Assembly (NCBI RefSeq): GCF_963921235.1
Contig: NC_086112.1
Location: 3,472,001-3,536,000 of the forward strand
DNA length: 64,000 bases
DNA from: Mobula hypostoma
Lineage: Eukaryota
Reading direction: 5' to 3'
Shown: piece after piece, positions 53,945-64,000 of the stretch
Position numbering within the stretch: the first letter of the stretch is position 1
How the letters are laid out: each line of letters starts with the position of its first letter
Position numbers and translations under genes: made by a program
Notes under the pieces: generated by a model
Told to the model about the DNA's origin: nothing
The model's database searches: none
What the model saw: the letters and a program-made list of their open reading frames with translations, nothing else

Positions 53945-54225
53945 GGTGGTGTGGTGGTTAGCACAACGCTTTACATTACCAGCAAGCCGGCTTCAATTCC
54001 TGCTGCTGCCTGCAGAGAGTTTGTACGTTTTCCTCAGGACCACGAGGATTTCCTCCGGGTGCTCCGGTTTCCTCCCACAGTCCAAAGATGTACGGGTTGG
54101 TAGGTTAATCGGTAAGTTGTCCTGTGATTAAACTAGGGCTAAATCTGGATTTGCTGGCTGTTGTGGCTCAGTTGCTGAGCTGAAGGGTCTATTCTGTGCT
54201 GTATCTCTATATATAAATAAAATAA
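53945..54225 (+). mobile_element. V-domain (HE1-like) SINE
   Basis: tRNA-like head gtggtggttagcac...ttcaattcc, core tttcctccgggtgctccggtttcctcccacagtccaaaga, AATAAA-rich tail. Confidence 0.85.
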
Positions 54226-54409
54226 TTAATTACATGTCAAACTTCACAGATATTAGTTGGTCCATCTGTTTAGACTAAACTAACCTTTTAAAATGCTCTA
54301 AAAAGTTCAACTGCCAACAGGGAACCTAAATAAACAATCACAAATTTTCAGTTACTTTGATCTAAAAGAAGATTCAGCGCTTTCTCAGTATAGACAGTTG
54401 AAAACAGAT

Positions 54410-55050
54410 GCCATAAGACATCTTATTTTCATTTGGTCACCTACCTACAGGAAAGATGTAAATGAGATTGAAAGAGTGCAGAGAAAATTTACAAGGATGT
54501 TTCCGGGACTTGAGGACCTGAGTTATAAGGAAGGTTGAATAGGTTAGGGCTCATTCACTGGAGCAGAGGTTCCTAACTAGGGAACAACGGACCCCTTGCT
54601 TCATGTCCACGTACATAAAAAAGGGTTGGGAACCCCTGCACTGGAGCGTAGAAGACTGTATGAGAATGAGTGGAGATCTGATAGAGGTATACAAAATTAT
54701 GAGTGGTATAGACAGGGTAAATACAAGCAGGCTTTTTCCATGGAGGTTGGGAGGGAAAACAACTGGAGGTCATGGGTTATGGGTGAAAGGTGAAATGTCA
54801 AAGGGGAACGTGAGGGGGAACTACTTCACTCAGAGGGCAGCAAGAGAGTCGAATGAGCTGCCAGTGCAAGTAGGTGCAGGGTGAGTTTCAACATTTACTA
54901 CAAATTTGGATGGGTACATGGTTGGTGTTTTGTGGAGGATTATAGTCTGGGTGCAGGTCATTGGAAGTAGGCAGATTAAATGGTTTGGCACAGATTAGAT
55001 GGGCTGAAGGGCCTGTTTCTGTACTGAAGTGTTCTATCGCTCAATGACTG
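54410..55050 (+). mobile_element. CR1-like LINE 3' fragment, interrupted by a hAT MITE
   Basis: ERVQRKFTRMFPGL...GDLIEVYKIMSGIDRV...GNYFTQR remnants and tail gggctgaagggcctgtttctgt. Confidence 0.85.
54564..54638. mobile_element. 75-bp hAT-family MITE
   Basis: Terminal inverted repeats cagaggttcctaac / gttgggaacccctg; perfect 8-bp target-site duplication cactggag at 54556-54563 and 54639-54646. Confidence 0.9.
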
Positions 55051-55095
55051 TAAGGTCACTAATAGCTTGCAAAGAAATCGGACAAATCTATTATA

Positions 55096-55097
<2 letters not shown>

Positions 55098-55129
<32 letters not shown>

Positions 55130-55490
55130 CTATCCATCCCATAGGATGATGATGGTTCCTTTCAGTCTGTTAGTGGGGTGATACCTCACTCCTCAGAAAG
55201 GAGCAATGTGTGCGTGAATGGATTTTAGGTGAGTAGGGGGTTGCACAGGTCCAGACCCACCCTCTCGACATCCCCTCCTGGATCCAGCGGCATGGTGGGG
55301 TCCAAGATGGCTGGGGGAAGTTCTGTTGCAGTGAATGGCCAGACCAAGCTTCGATGCAAGGGATGCTCTTTCCGCGCTTCACAGCACGTGTTTGCTAGAC
55401 CCTACGAGAGGGTTCATCCGCCCTTTGACAGGTCTTGTTTTTCATCCTGCAGGGTGTCTAGCCACCCTCCTCACCAGGCAAGCCAGTAGC
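55098..55490. mobile_element. (CT)n tract followed by a probable retroposon fragment, family uncertain
   Basis: GC-richer block with abrupt edges inside the transposon cluster; RTE-like appearance only. Confidence 0.4.
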
Positions 55491-55659
55491 AGTACCAGTA
55501 GCACTCAGATGAGTGACCTGACCAGAATTATACATTATATTATCTACAAAACATCAGTTCCTAAAACCTTAAAACCAGTTGTTTTGTTTCAAGTTTGCCA
55601 CATTTCTGAGTTACTGTAAGCAGTACAACTAAATGTGCTAAATAAATTTTGAGTTCTGT

Positions 55660-56255
55660 TCGGGGTGAGGCCCTCCGCTGGATGGGGTTGATCATGGATG
55701 TTGTGCCTCAGCAGTCTATATGATGCACAAATGGGTACACAAGACAGGACAGTATGATATGGAGAGCAAGCTGTTGCCCATATAACAGGCTCCCCCTCTC
55801 CATGCTGCCAATGAATACAAAGGAATAGCAGAGCCTCATATAGTTTGGCACCAGTGGCATTGCAGGAGTTGCCTGTTAGTGCTGAACTCAATGTAGGGCC
55901 ACCTCAGGTACTCCAGTTCCAGATTTTTCCTGAGGATTCATTCCCAAAGCCTTCCTCGTGAGTGAGTATAGCCTCAAGGCAGGGAAGGCTTAAGATCAGA
56001 GATTTTCTTCTTCTGGATGAGCTGCCAACCATGGACGAAGAGCCCTATCTGCCTAAAGCGACTGGTTTTCAGACGCCAGTAACCTACCTTTGCCCCTTCT
56101 CCTGTCAGTAGAAACAGTTCAGTTGGGTTTAGTAGCTAAGCCACACATGAAGGTCAGGAGCTGAACTTGTTTGTCAGAGGCTGTTCGAGAGCATTTAGTA
56201 GGTAGTGGGAGTTTATCCCTATTAACTTCCCTGGCTGCGACAACCTTAAGGAACT
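55660..56255 (-). mobile_element. Non-autonomous RTE-like element, copy 1
   Basis: Reverse-complement homologue of 60203-60795 over ~590 bp; contains an aggagaagg-aaactctga-like motif seen in RTE 5' regions. Confidence 0.75.
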
Positions 56256-56334
56256 GCTGTTTTATGATTTGTGGGCAATATATAATACAGAGCCAAAACC
56301 AAGTGTAATATTAAAAAAAATACTGTATTTGTAG

Positions 56335-57031
56335 TACTTTATACTTTATAGTCGCCAAACAATTGGTACTAGAACGTACAATCACCACAGCAATATTTGA
56401 TTCTGCGCTTCGCAGTCCCTGGATTACAAATATTAAATATTAAAAATAGTTAAAATGAGTAAATATTAAAAATTTAAATTATAAATCATAAATAGAAAAT
56501 AGAAAAATGGGAAGTAAGGTAGTGCAAAAAAACTGAGATGCAGGTCCGGATATTTGGAGGGTACGGCCCAGATCCGGGTCAGGATCCGTTCAGCAGTCTT
56601 ATCACAGTTGGAAAGAAGCTGTTCCCAAATCTGGCTGTACAAGTCTTCAAGCTCCTGAACCTTCTCCCGGAGGGAAGAGGGACTAAAGGTATGTTGGCTG
56701 GGTGGGTCGTGTCCTTGATTATCCCGGCAGCACTGCTCCAACAGCGTGCGGTGTAAAGTGAGTCCACGGATGGAAGATTGGTTTGTGTGATGTGCTGCGC
56801 CGTGTTCACGATCTTCTGCAGCTTTTTCCGGTCTTGGACAGGACTACTTCCATACCAGGTTGTGATGCACCCTAGAAGAATGCTTTCTATGGTGCATCTA
56901 TAAAAATTAGTGAGGGTTTTAGGGGACAGGCCAAATTTCTTTAGTTTTCTCAGGAAGTAAAGGCACTAGTGGGCCTTCTTGGCAGTGAACTCTGCTTGGT
57001 TGGACCAAGTCAGGTCATTTGTGATATTGAC
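56335..57031 (-). mobile_element. Rex1/Babar-like LINE, 5'-truncated
   Basis: ORF end NTAQHITQTNLPSVDSLYTARC...IIKDTTHP...LPSGRRFRS...NSFFPTVIRLLN; (ATAAAGT)n tail. Confidence 0.88.
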
Positions 57032-57130
57032 AGGTCTTTCAATTTGTTCAATGGTTTCTTTCGGCCTTCCTCCTTTTTGGCATCAAGTGAAAAGGCAGCG
57101 TCTCAGAGGCCCTATTTGTCTATGCTGTGA

Positions 57131-57665
57131 AGTGGCCACTTTATTAGGTACACCTGTACACCTCCTCATTGATGCAAATATCTATTAAACCAACATATGG
57201 AAGCAACTCAATGCATGCAGACATGGTGTGTTTTTGTTCAGACCAAACATCAGAATGAGAAGAAATGTGATCTAAGTGACTTTGACCATGGAATGATTGT
57301 TGATGCCAGACGGGGTGGTTTGAGTATCTCAGAAACTGCTGATCTCCTGGATTTTCAAGCTTATCAGTCTCTAGTGTTTACAGTAAGTGGTGAGAAAAGC
57401 AAAAAAAAAATCCAGTGGGTAACAGTTCTGTGGGCAAAAATGCCTTGTTAATAGGAGAGGTCAGAGGAGAATGGCCTGACAGGTTCAAGCTGACAGGAAG
57501 GCAACAGTAACTCGAATAACCTCACGCTACAACAATGGTGTGCAGAACAGCATCTTTGAATGCGCAGCCTTGAAGTGGACGGGCTACAGCAGCAGAAGAC
57601 CATGAACATACACAGTGACCACTTTATTAGGTACAATGAGGTAACTAATAAAACGCTACTGCATG
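57131..57665 (+). mobile_element. Internally deleted Tc1-like transposon
   Basis: Terminal repeat agtggccactttattaggtacacc; transposase N-terminal HTH remnant KKCDLSDFDHGMIVDARRGGLSISETADLL followed by ADRKATVT...GYSSRRP; degenerate right inverted repeat ending before TA. Confidence 0.85.
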
Positions 57666-58129
57666 TAGATATATTATTTCATCAATTTTTTGATCATTAC
57701 TGTAGGTTTAATCATGCATTTAAAATAAATATTATATTAACTCATATCAACAAACCTGATATAGAGTAAAATCAGAAACTATAAAACTCTTAGAATTTTG
57801 AGAAGAAACTGTTGTTTACATCAAACAGAGAATAATAAAAGAGAATTGGAAATGAAGTTGGACATAATTATTGATTTTGATTAGTATTTGATTGCCAATA
57901 CTTGTATTGTGTTTTAATTCCATTAATCACATCTAAACCACAAATTATTGTATAGATAATTAGAGTCATAGTTATAGCATGGTCCAGCACAGAAACAGGC
58001 CCTTTTGTGGAGATAATTACTTAAATTAGGAGCCTGGAATCTGATTGAACAGTAATATTAAAATTGATTGGTTTGCAGTTGGTCAAACTGAATTTCAGTT
58101 GTATCTTCTTATAACTTCACTTGACCCAT

Positions 58130-58536
58130 CACTGAACTGTTCCCACAACCTATGGACTCAATTTCAAAGACTCTTCATCACAAGCTCTTGATATTTTTGC
58201 TTAGTTATTCATTATTATTATTAGTATTTCTTTCTTTCATTCTTTCTTTTCCTTGTATTTGCAGAGTTTGTTGAACTTTGCACTTTGGTTGTTTGTCTGT
58301 CCTGTGGGGTGTGGTCATACACTGATTTTTTATTGATTGAGATTGAACATGGAATAGGCCCTTCCAAACCCACGTTCCATGATTTAACCCTGGTCTAATC
58401 ACAGGACAATCTACAACGATCAATTAGCCTACTAACTGATTCTATTGTGTCTCTTGTATTTACTGTGAATGCCCACAAGAAAATGAATCTCAGGGTTGTA
58501 TATGGTGACATCTATGTACTTTGAACTTTGAACTTT
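58130..58536 (+). mobile_element. LINE 3'-UTR fragment with a nested minus-strand SINE piece (~58328-58436)
   Basis: Tail aaatgaatctcagggttgtatatggtgac...tttgaactttgaac. The insert is homologous to the SINE at 63330-63617 and is flanked by (ac)tgatt. Confidence 0.6.
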
Positions 58537-58838
58537 TCTATTCTTTCTTTCTTATGATTAAGTGATGAATAGTTTTTCATAGTACTAAGTACTAATTCTT
58601 CGTCATGGAGTATTGTACAAAACACCCAATCTCATACGAAAATACTGGTCTGCGACATTCAGATATATTTGTTAGATACTTGCTGTTGGTCTATTGAAGA
58701 GTTAGTTTACTGTACCAAACCATTTTCTCTTTCCACTTAAATAGCTTGTAAGCTTGAGTCATTGCTGGACATGAAGAGTGCAATATTCAGATTTATGAAA
58801 GTGTAAGGATATTGATCCAAGAATATGCTGACCGATCT

Positions 58839-59330
58839 TAGACCATAAGACATAGGAGCAGAATGAGGCCATTCAGCCCATTGAGTCTGCTCCACCATTC
58901 TATCATGGCTAATCCCGGATCCCACCCAACCCCATAACATCTGCCTTCTTGCCATATCCTTTGATGCCCTGACCATCAGGAAACAATCAACCTCTGCCTT
59001 AAATATACGCACCGACTTGGCCTCCACCACAGTCTGTGGCAGAGCATTCCACAGATTCACTACTCTCTGGCAAAAAAAATTTCTCCTTACCTCTGTTCTA
59101 AAGTGTCACCTCTCATTTTTGAGGCTGTGCCTTCTAGTTCTGGATACCTCCACTACAGGAAACATCTTCTCCGCATCCACCTTATTTAGTCCTTTCAACA
59201 TTCGGTAGGTTTCAACGAGATTCCGCCCCACACGCCCAGTCCCCCCGTTTTTCTAAATTCCAGTGAGTACAGACCCAAAGCTGCCAAAACACTCCTCATA
59301 TGTTAACCCCTTCATTCCCGGAATCATCAT
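58839..59330 (-). mobile_element. CR1/HER1-like LINE 3' fragment
   Basis: NLWNALPQTVVEAKSVRIFKAEVD remnant and tail cattctgctcctatgtcttatggtct. Confidence 0.9.
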
Positions 59331-59484
59331 CTTCATTTAATGTCAATGGAAATACGTTTTGTTATCTTTGGAAGATGATTTGGCATCAAAATTTTTATTT
59401 TTCTATTTTACTTATGAAGTTTTCTATGGACACTTGACAGGTGTTTTATCTGTTTCATTTCTAAGAATGTTAGTGATTAATGAC

Positions 59485-59745
59485 TCGGCAGTGGACAGTT
59501 CTAAGCCTGACTGTGAGGGGAGGAGAGTTGGCGTGGGGCTCACAACCTCATCCTGTAAAATCCCAGAGCTGCAGAAATGCCAACAGAGGCTCCAAAGTCC
59601 TCGTCCCTGGGAGAGGAAAGACACCACCAACAAGAAGGACTACAACTGGAGACAGTGTAAAAGAGCGGCCGGGACAGAGCACCCTGGTGAGCTGCTGTTG
59701 GAGACCTATGCCCCTGTAGGGGTGACGGGTTTAAGAAGAGGAAGA
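59485..59745 (+). mobile_element. Short bipartite RTE-derived element
   Basis: ggggctcacaacctcatcctgtaaaa resembles an RTE 5' region and is joined to gagctgctgttggagacctatgcccc...gggtttaagaag, resembling an RTE 3' end. Confidence 0.55.
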
Positions 59746-60017
59746 TGGGATTAAAAACAGCTGTGACTGGATAATACTTTCCCTACTATATTTTACTTCA
59801 TATAGTACTTACTTTCCTAACAGAGAAGTTCTAACCTTTATGATCACCTTGCAGTATTTCATATTTGATCAGTAAAAGGGAAGCACTCAACCTGTTTCGA
59901 AGACCCTTGTAATGATTAAACCCTGGGAGATTGGCATCAGGTTCCAAGGTCACTTGTTCTCAGAATCTCCCTCTCTCTCACTATGAATGGACACTGCACA
60001 GATACATTTTCAAATCA

Positions 60018-60143
60018 CAAACAAGGGAGAATCTGCAGGCGCTGGAAATCCAAGCAACACACACAAAATGCTGGAGGAACTCAGCAGGCCAGGCAGCATC
60101 TCTGGGAAAAAAAGTACAGATGATGTTTCAGGCCGAGACCCTT
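60018..60143. mobile_element. Penelope-like-derived short repeat fragment
   Basis: aatctgcaggcgctggaaatcc...aaaatgctggaggaactcagcaggccaggcagcatc...gtttcaggccgagaccctt. Confidence 0.7.
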
Positions 60144-60202
60144 TGGCTTTAATTTTCAAATCATCTTCTTTATTGCATTTACCAAGGACATTGTAATATT
60201 TT

Positions 60203-60795
60203 GGTTCCTTGAGGTTGTTATGGCCATGGGAGGTAGTGGGGATAAGCTCCCTCTACCGATTAAATGCTCCCAATGGCGTGCATCTCAAATAACCTCTGAC
60301 GACCAAGACTAGCTCCTGGCCTTCATGTGTGGCTTAGCTACTAAGCCCGGTGGAACTAGTTCTACTGTCAGGAGAAGGGGCAAGGGCAGGTTACTGGCAC
60401 CTTAACACCAGTCACTTCGAGCAGATGGAGGTTGTCAGCCGTGGTTGGCAGCTCATCTATGAGAAGGCAAAACTTTGATTTCACCTTCTGCTGTCTTGTG
60501 GCTAATAACTGCTCATGGGGAAGGTTTCAGGAGTAAATCCCAAGGAAAAATAAGGAGCTGGAGTCCGTAAAGCAGTCCTACATTGAGTGAATGATGACCG
60601 GCAACTCCTGCGATTCCACTGGTGCCAAACTATATCAGTCTCTGCCGTTCCTTTGGATTCATTAGCTGCGTGGAGAGGGGGTGCTTGCTACATGGGCAAC
60701 AGCTTGCTCTGCATATCAGCATGCCCTGGCTTGCGTGCAACGTAGACAGTCAGGGTGCAATACCCATGGTCAACCCCGATTGGCGGAGGGCCCTC
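60203..60795 (+). mobile_element. Non-autonomous RTE-like element, copy 2
   Basis: Homologous, in inverted orientation, to 55660-56255. Confidence 0.75.
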
Positions 60796-61101
60796 CTAAT
60801 ATTTCTCAGATTGACACTGAATTTGAGAAATTATAAATATTAACTTCATTTATGAGACTACATTCTACTAGGAGGTATTTTAGAACAGTTATATCCACGC
60901 ATTAGTAATCATGATGGCACTCAGACCAAATGTTCTGCAGGAAGCAGAAGCGATCGCATCCCTTGCTGGTGAAAAAAAGTGTTATAAACCGAGTTGCTTA
61001 ACAGCATAAGATTCAGGAAACTTGACAGAATATTTTGCTTCTGAATAAGGAATGAGATGTGTATCTTGGCTGTAAAATGGGGGCAGTTCCTATAATACGT
61101 A

Positions 61102-61641
61102 CAGTACTGTGCAATGGTCTTAGGCACATATATATAACTAGGGAGCCTTAGACCTTTGCACTGTACTGTAGTAATTCTCTGCATTACACTGTACTGCTGC
61201 CGAGAAAATAACAAATTGTATGACATGTGTGAGTGACGATAAACCTGATTCTCATATGGGTCTCTACTGTGGACTGAGAGTGGCAAGGGGGAAGGGAGAG
61301 GGGAATCATGGTTGGCAATAGGGGTAAGGGAGAGAGGAGGGAGCGGGAAGCACCAGAGATATATGCTGTAATAATTAATAACCAATTGTTTGGAATCAAA
61401 CGACCTTGTCTGGTGTCTCAGAGCTGGTTGTGTCTGCACCCGTGCCATGCCCCCACCCTAGCATGCCTTCTCTGCCACCTGTCCCACACCCCTCCTGCAG
61501 CGCTCCGCCCTTGCCATTCCCATCATCCTTTACTCTCGCCAGATTTACAAACTTGCTCTCTGATCCACGTCGACAAGTACCCTGCAAAGGTCTTGGGTAC
61601 TCTCACTATATATATGACCCTAAGAATTTTGCACAGTACTG
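61102..61641. mobile_element. Tc1/mariner-type non-autonomous element (MITE)
   Basis: Terminal inverted repeats CAGTACTGTGCAA / TTGCACAGTACTG, flanked by TA at 61100-61101 and 61642-61643. Confidence 0.88.
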
Positions 61642-62029
61642 TATGTTATGCACCAGGCTGGTTTACTCATAAGCAGAATATTTTAATTCATTGAGTACTA
61701 GCTTTCACCACTAACTCTTTTATGAATTTAAAATAATTGACCACCTTTGTTCAGAAATATCAACTTAACTCAGATTACATGTATTTACAGGGCATGACTA
61801 TGCTTTAGTCTTTACTGAACAATTGACAAAAAACAACTCCTTTCTCATAACAATCAAGAACAAATCACTCAGAGATGCACAATGACAACATCTTTAATGT
61901 GACAAAGTTCTTCTTCACAACATTTTTATGCTCCCATTTTCCAGTAGTCCTTTTCCCACCATTACATGATGACAGCTGCTAAAGATTCCTTAAGCAGTGT
62001 GGCATTCTCCCATCATCCATCGTTTCTCA

Positions 62030-62280
62030 CTTTAGTTTATTTAGATATACAACATGGCAACAGGATTATTGAGTCCACGCTGCCCAATCACACCCATGTG
62101 ACCAATTAACCTAATAATCCGTATGTCTTTTAGAATATGGGAGGAAATCAGAGGACCCAAAGGAAACCCACGTGGTCACGGGGAAAATGTGCAAACCCTG
62201 TACAGACAGTGGCGGGAACTGAACTCACATCACTGGTGCTGTAGTAGCAGTACACTAACTGTTGCGATAACATGCTGTCC
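62030..62280 (-). mobile_element. V-domain SINE
   Basis: Reverse complement of the SINE core (gggaggaaatcagaggacccaaaggaaacccacgtggtcacggggaaaatgtgcaaac). Confidence 0.8.
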
Positions 62281-62367
62281 CGATTTTTTTCCATTTTTTA
62301 TCATCCCTTTTATTAGTCTCTCTTCTTGTAATGGATTGTATAAATCTCAAGTTCCTAACTGCTATAC

Positions 62368-62864
62368 AGAGTGCAGCGTAGGTTCACGAGGTTAATTCTC
62401 GGGATGGCGGGACTGTCAAATGTTGAAAGATTGGAGCGACTGGGCTTGTATACACTGGAATTTAGAAGGATGAGAGGGGATCTGATTGAAACATATAAGA
62501 TTATTAAGGGATTGGACGTGCTAGAGGCAGGAAACATGTTCCCGATGTTGGGGGAGTCCAGAACCAGAGGTCATAGTTTAAGAATAAGGGGTAGACCATT
62601 TAGAATGGAGTTGAGGAAAAACTTTTTCACACAGAGGGTTGTGGTTCTGTGGAATGCTCTGTCTCAGAAGGCAGTGGAGGCCAATTCGCTAGATTCTTTC
62701 AAGAAAGAGTTAGATACAGCTCTTAAAGATAGTGGAGTCAAGGGATATGGAGAGAAGGCAGGAACAGGGTACTGATTGTGGATGATCAGCCATGATCACA
62801 GTGAATGGCGGTGCTGGCTCAAAGGGCTGAATGGCCTACTCCTGCACCTATTGTCTATTGTCTA
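62368..62864 (+). mobile_element. Young 5'-truncated CR1/HER1-like LINE
   Basis: Uninterrupted ORF2 C-terminus (VQRRFTRLILGMAGLS...LGLYTLEFRRMRGDLIETYKIIKG...LWNALSQKAVEA...GYGEKAGTGY*) and (TATTGTC)n tail. Confidence 0.93.
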
Positions 62865-63039
62865 CATCTCACTATTTTTACATTTTTCTGTTTAATACTT
62901 CCCTTATTTTTTTCCTTTCTGTAGGTCTCTAAGACCACTGGATTTCCACTTTTACACATTCATGCAAGTTTTTTGTTTTAGTCTTAATTGTTGACCATGG
63001 TTCTTTGTCTTAGAGTCACGTGGTTGCCTCTGTCCTTTA

Positions 63040-63802
63040 CTTGTAATTCTGTATAAGGCTCTGAATGATCTAGCTCCTCTGTATAGTTTGGAATGCCAAT
63101 CCCCTTACATCCCTAATCGTAATCTTAGATTCCTGAATACTGGTTTGCTTGGTGTTCCGAGACCCAAGCATGTAAGCACTGATGATACAGCCTCTTGCTC
63201 TAAAGCACCAAAAATCTGGAATATTCTCCCGACTGTGGAACATTTCAAAACACTTCTAGAAGCCTACTTTTTAATTTTGTCTAATTATAGGATTACTGTT
63301 GATTATGTTTATATAATTAGCTAATGTTACTTATTGATTGATTTATTGAGAAACAGTGCAGAGTAGGCCCTTCCAACCTTTGAAACCGCGCCACCCAGCA
63401 ACCCCTGATGTAACCCCGGCCTAATCACGGGATGATTTACAATGACCAATTAACCTGATAACCGGTATGTCTTTGGACTGTGGTAGGAAACCGGAGCACC
63501 CAGAGGAAACCCACACTGTGACAGGGAGAACGTGCAAACTCCTTACAGACGGCAGAGGGAATTGAACCCTGATTGTCCGTAACATAAAGCATTGTGCTAA
63601 CCACTACACTACTGTACCAACATAAATATTTGATTATATTTTATTCTATATAATGTTTGTCTTTACTTATGATTTTAAATTTTGTTTAATCATTTTATGA
63701 CTATATTAATTTATATTTACAATCTATGTAAAGCACTTTGATGCTACAACTTAATGTATGACAGGTGCTATATAAATAAAGTTATTGTTATTATTATTAT
63801 TA
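63040..63802 (+). mobile_element. Old L2-like LINE 3' fragment with a nested SINE
   Basis: YKALNDLAP...YIPNRNLR...LLGVPR...APKIWNILP remnant; L2-type tail tgtaaagcactttg...gtgctatataaataaagtt(att)n. Confidence 0.75.
63330..63617 (-). mobile_element. V-domain SINE nested in the L2 fragment
   Basis: gtctttggactgtggtaggaaaccggagcacccagaggaaacccacac...gggagaacgtgcaaactcc; tRNA-like head at the right end. Confidence 0.88.
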
Positions 63803-63804
63803 TC

Positions 63805-64000
63805 CAGCAACACAACAGTGATATGAGTCCTTCAGGGCATGTTGTGCCTGTTCCAGCTTGTGCTAATTTCCTACGTTTGGCCCAGATCCCCTTAAGCTCC
63901 ACCCCCACCCCCCCCATGTATCTATCCAAGCTCTTCTTAATGACTCACCTCAACCACTTCCACTGGCATCTCATTCCAAGCACTCACCACTCTCTGTGCA
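63805..64000 (-). mobile_element. Decayed CR1-like 3' end running off the window
   Basis: atgtatctatccaag...accacttccactggcatctcattccaagcactcaccactctctg resembles the other minus-strand CR1 tails here. Confidence 0.6.

Overview
Vertebrate genomic DNA, most likely a cartilaginous fish (probably a ray), judged from its repeat families: HER1/CR1-like LINEs, V-domain SINEs, Rex1, RTE, Tc1-like and Penelope-derived elements. The only supportable protein-coding gene is nr2f1 (COUP-TFI) on the minus strand, with three coding exons (38554-38110, 37404-36877, 35118-34844) encoding 415 aa. Its promoter at ~39.4-39.65 kb has a DR1 element, a TATA/CArG box and CCAAT boxes. The gene lies in a ~47 kb AT-rich, CpG-retaining, nearly transposon-free domain (~2.8-50.3 kb) with sharp edges; the last ~13.5 kb is CpG-depleted and densely packed with transposons. 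A ~7.7 kb C-rich minisatellite (5.5-13.2 kb, partly N) sits inside the domain, and most of its monomers carry a GGTTCA nuclear-receptor half-site. Other points are a full-consensus REST/RE1 site, two uORFs, decayed hammerhead-ribozyme relics, and transposons with hairpin ends. I cannot establish a new biological system from sequence alone; the satellite half-site array next to a nuclear receptor gene is the most unusual testable lead.
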